Assembly (NCBI RefSeq): GCF_000283555.1
Contig: NC_016012.1
Span: 450,001-482,000, forward strand
Source: Candidatus Arthromitus sp. SFB-rat-Yit
GTDB lineage: Bacteria; Bacillota; Clostridia; Clostridiales; Clostridiaceae
Reading direction: 5' to 3'
DNA: 32,000 nucleotides
Positions 25,353 to 32,000 of the stretch are shown here, in pieces; the first letter of the stretch is position 1; each line of letters opens with the position of its first letter. The position numbers and the translations under genes are program-made. The notes beneath the pieces are model-generated. The model did no database searches. It saw only the letters and a program-made list of their open reading frames with translations, and was not told where the DNA came from.

Positions 25353-28346
25353 TTGAATAGTAGGGTGAGGAGAAGTTTCTTTATATTTTTAATGGTAATT
25401 TTTTATTGTTTTAATAGTGTTTCAATGGTATCTGCGTTACCAATAAAAAATATAAGCGGATATGAACTCTTAAGAGAAGAGTATATTGATATATTGAAAT
25501 CAAGAGTTTTATTATATGAACATAAGAAAAGTGGAGCTAAGGTTATTCACATAAAGAATAATTCGAAGGTAAAACTTTTTGATATAACATTTAAAGTTCC
25601 TACGATTAATAATAAAGGGACTAATCATATTTTGGAGCATATATTTTTTTCGGGGTCTGAGAAATATCCGATTAAAGATGTGTTTCCTGCATTATTTTAT
25701 TTAAATAATTTGGAATATATAAATGCAGCGACGGACACAAACTATGTTACATATTATGTATCTTCAAGAGATAATAATCAATTAAAGACTATTATTGATT
25801 ATTATTTAAGTGCTTTATTTTATCCAATAGTGTATAAAGAAGAAAATATTTTTAAACAAGAGGGATGGAGATTTGAACTGGAAGAAATGAATTCTCCATT
25901 AAAATTAACTGGAGTTGTTTTAAATGAAATGAAAGGGTATGTTTTTAACAATGAATTTTATAAATCAATTGCAGCTGTAGATAGTTTGTATAAAGGTGCC
26001 CCAGGTTCATTTAATGGGGGTGGAGATCCTTATACTATACCAGAATTGACTTTAGAAGAACTTCTAGAATCTCACAAAAAATACTATGTTCCATCAAATT
26101 GTTTGGTTATATTATACGGTGATATAAATACAAATGAGGTCCTTAAATTTATGGATAAGGAGCATTTTAGTTTACACGATAGGAAAGAGAAGATTCAAGA
26201 ATATAATATTAATGAAAATATTAATGAAAAGGTTTATATGAATTTGAAGTATCCCGTGCCAGAGAAAGAAAATAGATACAATAAACATATTTTTGTTAAC
26301 TCTTTTGCTACAGGAAATATTAACGATGTTAAAGAAAGTTTTGCAATTAAGTTTTTAGTTTCTATGATGGGTGCAGAATTTTCAGGAATAGAAAAACGAT
26401 TTAATGAAATGAATATTGGAACGGATTTTTCAATTGATTTTAGAAATGTTGGATCGAAACAATCTTATGTAATGTTCTCTGCTAATTCGGAGAAAGAACT
26501 TGGTGCAGAATTTGAAAAATTCATTTATAAAGAGCTTGAGCATTTTAGGGATAATATTTTAAATGAAGAGTATATTGAAAATTATTATAATATAACGAAA
26601 AATATTATAAATAAGAAAATAACAGATACACCAGATAGTCTTGTTATGTGGAATATAATAAATGCTTGGTCATCTGGTGGAGATATTATAGATAGCGTAA
26701 GATTTAATGAAAATTTGGAGTATTTAAAAGAGTATGGAGTAGAAGATTTTATCAATATACTTGATATGCATTTTATTAATAACAGACATTCATCGCTTGT
26801 AATACTAGAGCCTGATTTCGGTATAATTGAGGAAAAAGAAAGAATTTTAAGAGAAGGTCTTAACAATTATAAAGAGTCTATGAGTGAAAATGAAAAAGTT
26901 AATTTAATTAACGAAACGAATGAATTTAATTCATGGATTGAACAAGAAGATTCTATGGTTGTGCTTGAAAAATTATCTAACCCATTTAAAAATGAACATG
27001 ATAAACTTGGTGACGCTAAAATTCAGAGTAAAAATGGAATTTATGAATATGTATGGGGAAAAATTTCTGAAAATGATTTTATAAATGTATCTCTCAATTT
27101 TGATTCACGAACAGTTCCTAAAAGTAAAGTTCATTACTTAGCTTTATTTTCTGATTTAATGAAAGAAGGATTTGGAAGCTTTGATAAGACAAATATAGAG
27201 CTTATGAGCGATATTAAGCAGACCTTATTTAACCTTAATATAACGTTAGAGGAAAATTTAAATTGTTTTGATGGGAATATTTATAATCCAACCTTTAAGA
27301 TATCATTTGATACGAACAAAAATAATTTGGATAAGTCCATAAAATTATTAAATGAGCTTATAAATAATATAAATTTTAAAAATGTTGATCTGTTACAAAA
27401 TAATTTTAATAAGTTGAAGTACTATTATGAATCGAATTTAATTAATCCTAGCATAGTTTATTATGAAATCGATGGTTCAAATTATGATGGTGGTAAGTAT
27501 AAAAATTATACGAAAGGATTACCTTATGTAAAATTTTTAATTAATATATTTGGGAAATATGGAGAAGATCATAATTATATACATACTATAAACAAGGAAA
27601 TACAAAATGTTAGCAATATAGTATTTAATATAAATAATTTAAAAATTGGTGTGGTTGCAAATAACGATAATTATAAACTCGTTAAAAAGAATTTAGAGGC
27701 AAATTTACTTTGTAATTTAAATAATAGTGTAAATAGAAAATATAAATACAAATTTGATGCAGTTAGAGAAAGAATATCAATAAAAGCTCCATCCACAAAT
27801 GTAACATTGTATGCACTTTTAAATTTTAAAGCTAGCGGTAGAAATTACACACCTAAGTTTTTGGTCGCAGAATCAATTTTAGGGGAATATCTCTATAGAA
27901 ATATAAGAGTTAAGAATGGTGCATATCAAGTTAATTCATTAGCTACAACTCAAGGAACATTTGCAGTTGTTGCAGGATTTTCTCCAGTTTTGAAAGAACA
28001 AATAAGAGTTATAAATAATATAGGCAATTATTTAAGTGAGATAGATATAAGTGAATCTTTGCTTGAAAAATATAAAACTATAACAATTTCATCTCTTGCA
28101 ACCAGCTGTGATGAAATTGATAGGGCAAAGACTGAAGTACATAATTATTTAACAGGAATGAAAAAGAAAGATTTTAAAAATATGATAGATGAAATTAAAT
28201 CAACAACAATTCAGGATATTAAGAGTATTGGGAAAACTATCTCAGATATCGGATTTAATAAGATAGGTGTATTTGGGAATGTAAATATAATAGAAGATAG
28301 TAGCAAAAATTTTAGCAATATATTTACTTTACCAATTAAAGAATAA
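25353..28346 (+). CDS. M16C (PreP/insulinase-like) zinc metallopeptidase with an N-terminal signal peptide
   Basis: The inverted zinc motif HILEH is in the context NKGTNHILEHIFFSGSEKYP, with the downstream Glu in VVLNEMKG. The roughly 1000-aa four-domain length is typical of PreP-like enzymes. The TTG start lies 8 nt after AAGGAGG. The N-terminus is MNSRVRRSFFIFLMVIFYCFNSVSMVSA. Confidence 0.9.
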   Translation: MNSRVRRSFFIFLMVIFYCFNSVSMVSALPIKNISGYELLREEYIDILKSRVLLYEHKKSGAKVIHIKNNSKVKLFDITFKVPTINNKGTNHILEHIFFSGSEKYPIKDVFPALFYLNNLEYINAATDTNYVTYYVSSRDNNQLKTIIDYYLSALFYPIVYKEENIFKQEGWRFELEEMNSPLKLTGVVLNEMKGYVFNNEFYKSIAAVDSLYKGAPGSFNGGGDPYTIPELTLEELLESHKKYYVPSNCLVILYGDINTNEVLKFMDKEHFSLHDRKEKIQEYNINENINEKVYMNLKYPVPEKENRYNKHIFVNSFATGNINDVKESFAIKFLVSMMGAEFSGIEKRFNEMNIGTDFSIDFRNVGSKQSYVMFSANSEKELGAEFEKFIYKELEHFRDNILNEEYIENYYNITKNIINKKITDTPDSLVMWNIINAWSSGGDIIDSVRFNENLEYLKEYGVEDFINILDMHFINNRHSSLVILEPDFGIIEEKERILREGLNNYKESMSENEKVNLINETNEFNSWIEQEDSMVVLEKLSNPFKNEHDKLGDAKIQSKNGIYEYVWGKISENDFINVSLNFDSRTVPKSKVHYLALFSDLMKEGFGSFDKTNIELMSDIKQTLFNLNITLEENLNCFDGNIYNPTFKISFDTNKNNLDKSIKLLNELINNINFKNVDLLQNNFNKLKYYYESNLINPSIVYYEIDGSNYDGGKYKNYTKGLPYVKFLINIFGKYGEDHNYIHTINKEIQNVSNIVFNINNLKIGVVANNDNYKLVKKNLEANLLCNLNNSVNRKYKYKFDAVRERISIKAPSTNVTLYALLNFKASGRNYTPKFLVAESILGEYLYRNIRVKNGAYQVNSLATTQGTFAVVAGFSPVLKEQIRVINNIGNYLSEIDISESLLEKYKTITISSLATSCDEIDRAKTEVHNYLTGMKKKDFKNMIDEIKSTTIQDIKSIGKTISDIGFNKIGVFGNVNIIEDSSKNFSNIFTLPIKE

Positions 28347-28350
28347 TTTT

Positions 28351-28387
28351 AAGGCATATCAAGTTAATTTGATATGCCTTTTTATTT
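28351..28387 (+). terminator. rho-independent terminator
   Basis: A 12-bp perfect stem, AAGGCATATCAA (28351-28362) with TTGATATGCCTT (28369-28380), followed by TTTATTT. Confidence 0.8.
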
Positions 28388-28401
28388 GTATTTAACAAGT
28401 A

Positions 28402-28429
28402 ACAATTAATATTAAATTTTCATATAGTA
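28402..28429 (+). promoter_or_regulatory. candidate mother-cell (sigma-K/E-like) promoter of the coat operon
   Basis: AC (28402-28403), a 17-nt spacer, then CATATAGTA (28421-28429). This fits the remembered sigma-K pattern AC-17-CATAnnnTA and lies about 30 nt upstream of the ATG. Confidence 0.4.
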
Positions 28430-28460
28430 ATCATGTACTTAAATTGTAGAGAGGCTATTC

Positions 28461-29465
28461 ATGGATCAATATGTAAGAGATTTGAAGAGAGTAGTAGAGG
28501 TAAATTATGACATAACAATATTTGATATAATTAAATTTAAAAATGTTTATAAAATATCGGCTGTTGAAGGGAATTTTTGTTTAAAACAATGTAAATGTAA
28601 ATTTGATAAATTTAAATATATATTGGATGTTCTTGATTATTTGAAAAAACAGGAATTTGATAATATTTTAAGTATAGTTGAAACATATTCAGAGGAACAA
28701 TACATTGAGTTTAATGATGTTTATTTTTACATGACCGAATGGATCGAAAGTCGGGAATTAAATTATAGTAACTATTATGATATTATACGTGCATCACAAA
28801 ATATTGGTAATTTTCATAATTATACACAAGGATATAAACCATCGAAAAATATTTTACCAGATTATAGGTGGATGAAGTGGGGAGACATATTCAATTTAAA
28901 GCTTATGGATATTATTTCATTTAAAGAATCTTTGAAATATAGAAGTGATTTGGATATATTTGATAGGATTTATTTAGAAAATGCAGATAAGAATATTGAT
29001 TTAGCAAAGGAAAGCATTGAACTATTATATAAATTTGAGTATGAAAAAATTGTAAAAGAACATTTTGAGATAGGTTATATTTGTCACCATGATTTGGCAA
29101 ATCATAATGTTTTAATTGATTCAAAAGGGAAAATTTATTTTATAGATTTTGATTATGTTATTTTAGATACCTATCTTCATGATTTAGGAAGTTTTATTAA
29201 TCGATGCTTAAAGCTTGGGAGTTGGAATGAATATAAACTAAATTTGATAATTAATTCTTATAGGGATATTAAACGTTTACCTAAACGTGAAATTTTACTT
29301 ACACTTTCTTTTATATTATTTCCAAATGACTTTTGGCAAATAGGAATTCAACGTTATAGAGAAAATATTAGATGGAGTGATGAAAGGTTTTTAAAGCGTT
29401 TGAATAGATCCGAAAATGATAAGCAAGACAAGACGAATTTTATAAAAAGTATAATTTTTAAATAG
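28461..29465 (+). CDS. cotS: CotS-family spore coat protein (choline/aminoglycoside-kinase-like fold, catalytic motifs intact)
   Basis: The catalytic loop ICHHDLANHNVLI (HxDxxxxN), the metal-binding FIDFDY (DFD) and the N-lobe Lys context NFCLKQ are all present. The 334-aa length is typical of CotS/CotI. Confidence 0.85.
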   Translation: MDQYVRDLKRVVEVNYDITIFDIIKFKNVYKISAVEGNFCLKQCKCKFDKFKYILDVLDYLKKQEFDNILSIVETYSEEQYIEFNDVYFYMTEWIESRELNYSNYYDIIRASQNIGNFHNYTQGYKPSKNILPDYRWMKWGDIFNLKLMDIISFKESLKYRSDLDIFDRIYLENADKNIDLAKESIELLYKFEYEKIVKEHFEIGYICHHDLANHNVLIDSKGKIYFIDFDYVILDTYLHDLGSFINRCLKLGSWNEYKLNLIINSYRDIKRLPKREILLTLSFILFPNDFWQIGIQRYRENIRWSDERFLKRLNRSENDKQDKTNFIKSIIFK

Positions 29466-29481
29466 TTGTGTAGGAGTTCTT

Positions 29482-30210
29482 ATGAGTTTAAAAAGTTTTG
29501 CTATCTCAAAAAAGGTATATGAATTTAAAGAACTTGGGAAAAACAGGATTAGGAGTTATACAAATGGTGCCATTTTTGAGCATATTAACATACTTTCTGA
29601 TTTACATGGGCGTTTGAAAGGTTGTCCAATACCGTTGAATAATTTGGTTAATAAAATGGTAGATAATTTTAAATTTGCTGAAATTATGTTAAATCAAGAC
29701 ATAAACAGGTATAAGATTAATCCTAAAAATGAATTTGAAGAAAATGTATCACAACTTGGTGAAGGTGTACTTTTTAGGATAAGAAGGATACTTAGTATAA
29801 TACATGAAAATAATTATGAAAACCTCATTTTAAGGAGTATGAAAAATAAAGAAGTGTGTGTTTATAATGTTGGACTTAGCGATCTTTATGTTGATTCAGA
29901 TTCCAAAATATATGTTAGAAATATAAATGATTTTTGTGAAAATATTGTAGAGTATGATTATGTTAAATTTTTTACTAGACTTAAAAGATTGAACAAGGAT
30001 GTTGAATTTATTAAAATGTGTTCTTATGTTTGTAGTAAAGAAGATTTAGGAATTGACAGCTATAATTTTATATTGGCTTGTACAAGTTTTCCTTATGAGT
30101 TTGTGAGAGTTATATCAAGATATAGGGATTTGGGGCGAGAATTATCTAATTACTCTAAAGAATGCAATTTTGATAATGTTTTAAGTAAAGATGGAGATAG
30201 TCTTATATGA
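29482..30210 (+). CDS. CotS-like paralogue, C-lobe only, catalytic residues lost
   Basis: It aligns with the C-terminal two-thirds of the upstream CotS. VCVYNVGLSDLYVDSDSKIYVRNINDF corresponds to ICHHDLANHNVLIDSKGKIYFIDFDYV. The catalytic Asp is replaced by Asn, and DFD is replaced by NIN. The N-lobe is absent. SD GTAGGAG precedes the ATG. Confidence 0.6.
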   Translation: MSLKSFAISKKVYEFKELGKNRIRSYTNGAIFEHINILSDLHGRLKGCPIPLNNLVNKMVDNFKFAEIMLNQDINRYKINPKNEFEENVSQLGEGVLFRIRRILSIIHENNYENLILRSMKNKEVCVYNVGLSDLYVDSDSKIYVRNINDFCENIVEYDYVKFFTRLKRLNKDVEFIKMCSYVCSKEDLGIDSYNFILACTSFPYEFVRVISRYRDLGRELSNYSKECNFDNVLSKDGDSLI

Positions 30211-31253
30211 TTAATCCTAATTTTTGTATTTTAAATTTGAATGAATATAATTTATCTTATGATTTTTTGAAAATTGTTGTTGGGATAGATGTAAGTGAAT
30301 GTTATCCATACAAAAATGGATTTTTTATGGTTGATCAGAATGGAAATAAATATTTACTCTTTAAAATTTTTAAGGAAGATGTGGGAAAATACATTCAAAT
30401 ATTTGAGGTTTTGAAAAATATAAATTCTTCAAACAAATTGATTCAAGATATGTATTGTTTTAATGGGAAAAAATATTTTACAGATAACATTACAAATGAA
30501 GATTATATTGTTTTTAATTATCCAAATGGAGAACATAATAAATGGAATGATTTTGATTTTAATTTAATCAAAGAAATTTTAATTGATTTTTATAATGCAT
30601 CTAGGGACATTTTGAAAGATTATTATAATTTCAATTTAAAAGAAGATGTAAAATTATTGACCATAGGTGATGAGATAAAATATATAGATAATCATCTTTT
30701 AAATATACAAAATATAGAGATGTTTATTTTGTACAAGCACAGAAAAAATAAGATTGATAATTTGTTTTTAGAAAATAAGATTTATATGGAAGATGAGCTT
30801 ATAAAAATTAGGGAGTTTTTTACTAGTTATAAATTTAAGAATTATGTAAGTGATTATAAAAATATAAGATTTATAAATGGAAATCTATCAAATAAATCTT
30901 TTGTATTTAATGACGGAAAGTGTTATATGGCAAACTTCTATAATGCTTCTATTGATTTGTTTGTTAAAGATATAGCTGTGTTATCTGAAAAGGTAATTTT
31001 TAATTTTAATATAGATAGATTCAAAACATTTCTTATAGATTTCTTAAATAATTTTGAAGGAGATATTAAAGAACATTTAGAGGTATTATTTAATTATATA
31101 AAACTCAATAACCGTATGTTTAAGTGGTTTGATAACCAATATAAAGATGATTATCATAATAGTAATAATTCTGATTTGGATAATAAAATGCAAGAAATAA
31201 GTGATTACAAACAAAAAAGAAATTATTTTATAAATAAAGTATCCTTCACTTAG
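30207..31253 (+). CDS. CotS-like paralogue, full length, catalytic residues lost
   Basis: The start overlaps the previous stop (ATGA, 30207-30210). RFINGNLSNKSFVFNDGKCYMANFYNASIDLFVKDIA aligns with the CotS catalytic region. HHD is replaced by NGN, and DFD is replaced by NFY. Confidence 0.6.
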   Translation: MINPNFCILNLNEYNLSYDFLKIVVGIDVSECYPYKNGFFMVDQNGNKYLLFKIFKEDVGKYIQIFEVLKNINSSNKLIQDMYCFNGKKYFTDNITNEDYIVFNYPNGEHNKWNDFDFNLIKEILIDFYNASRDILKDYYNFNLKEDVKLLTIGDEIKYIDNHLLNIQNIEMFILYKHRKNKIDNLFLENKIYMEDELIKIREFFTSYKFKNYVSDYKNIRFINGNLSNKSFVFNDGKCYMANFYNASIDLFVKDIAVLSEKVIFNFNIDRFKTFLIDFLNNFEGDIKEHLEVLFNYIKLNNRMFKWFDNQYKDDYHNSNNSDLDNKMQEISDYKQKRNYFINKVSFT

Positions 31254-31263
31254 AGTGAAGGAT
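31241..31263. terminator. hairpin between convergent genes (probable bidirectional terminator)
   Basis: ATCCTTCACT (31241-31250) pairs with AGTGAAGGAT (31254-31263). The 3-nt loop is the TAG stop codon of the coat operon's last gene. A T-rich tract follows on the plus strand. Confidence 0.55.
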
Positions 31264-31266
31264 ACT

Positions 31267-31737
31267 TTATAGTTTTTTATCGTTTATAATATGTTCCAAA
31301 ATAGAATCACATCCAGCCTTAATAAGCTCGAAGGTTAAATTAAAATCTCCAGTATAATAAGGGTCAGGAACAAAATTATGAGATGAATTTTTGATAAAAT
31401 CTGTTAACTTATGTATTTTTATGTTAGGATTTATATTTGTTACATCACGCATATTTGAATCATCCATAACAATTATATAATCGTTTGTACTTAAATCTTT
31501 TTCTGTAAGTTTTTTAGATATGATATTTGAAAAATCTATATTTAATTTATTAAGGATTGTTTGAGTTCCATGATGAGGGGGATTACCTACGTTATAACTA
31601 GATGTAGCTCTAGATGATACGTTGATTTTATCACTAAGATTATTTTGTTTAATGATATGTCTCATATAAGCTTCACTCATTGGAGATCTACAAATATTAC
31701 CTAAACATATAAATAAAACATTGACCAAATTAATCAC
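31267..31737 (-). CDS. low-molecular-weight protein-tyrosine phosphatase (YfkJ-like)
   Basis: The P-loop is VLFICLGNICRSPMSE (CX5R-S). The Asp loop is DPYYTG. GNPPHHGTQ is as in B. subtilis YfkJ. Ile in the P-loop (CLGNICRS) rather than Thr argues for the Tyr type rather than the YwlE Arg-phosphatase type. The likely start is TTG 31728, which lies 5 nt after GAGGTGA, rather than GTG 31737. Confidence 0.9.
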   Translation of the reverse strand: MINLVNVLFICLGNICRSPMSEAYMRHIIKQNNLSDKINVSSRATSSYNVGNPPHHGTQTILNKLNIDFSNIISKKLTEKDLSTNDYIIVMDDSNMRDVTNINPNIKIHKLTDFIKNSSHNFVPDPYYTGDFNLTFELIKAGCDSILEHIINDKKL

Positions 31738-31876
31738 CTCAAATATAATTTTCTTATGATTATAACATAATTACAAATGAGTATTGGGTTTTTATTATTA
31801 TGTTTGTATAAAATTAAGTATAGACTCAAATACTAATTATTAATATTATAATCAGTAATAGAGGTGATGGTAGAAA

Positions 31877-32000
31877 GTGTACATATATTCACATTTAAAT
31901 ATAACGGATGTTTTAGAAATAATTAGAAAAGTAAATCCCGTAAAGATATTAGACGTTAATGTTGGTTTTGGACGTTGGGGAATTTTATGCCGAGAATTAT
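31877..32000 (+). CDS. 5' end of a probable class I SAM-dependent methyltransferase (runs off the window)
   Basis: GTG 31877 lies 9 nt after SD GAGGTGA (31861-31867). The frame is open to the window end. ILDVNVGFGRWGILCREL resembles methyltransferase motif I (hhD-hG-x-G-x-G). Only 41 codons are visible. Confidence 0.45.
   Translation, partial: MYIYSHLNITDVLEIIRKVNPVKILDVNVGFGRWGILCREL

Overview
This is a very AT-rich (by eye about 25-30% GC) chromosomal segment from an endospore-forming, Clostridia-like Firmicute. The proteins are strongly Asn/Ile/Lys-biased, which would fit a reduced-genome clostridial lineage, but the species cannot be determined from the sequence. Most of the window is conserved housekeeping:
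- the ytxC-like gene followed by the infC-rpmI-rplT operon, with an L20-type leader;
- the ktrB/ktrA-type K+ uptake pair;
- a TrmH-family RNA methyltransferase followed by pheS-pheT;
- ldhA;
- the asd-dapA-dapB operon;
- an alpha/beta-type SASP and tRNA-Phe;
- a dxs-dxr operon;
- a large M16C (PreP-like) peptidase;
- a three-gene CotS-family spore-coat operon;
- a YfkJ-like LMW phosphatase.

The less ordinary content is:
- a glycosidase-like gene with a decayed 3' end (1-697);
- tandem RIC/ScdA-type di-iron paralogues with a perfect 27-bp palindrome upstream (1523-3001);
- a lineage-specific stretch (14.4-18.4 kb) encoding secreted, lipoprotein and membrane proteins, including an orphan phiLC3-type holin next to a degenerate CPBP/Abi-like membrane protein and a small exported protein;
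- a coat operon with one catalytically intact and two catalytically dead CotS-fold proteins.

I saw no CRISPR array, transposase, integrase or recognisable defence system. All family assignments rest on motifs read by eye, with no database search. Several ORF-track starts look too long, and Shine-Dalgarno (SD)-supported internal starts are noted per feature.
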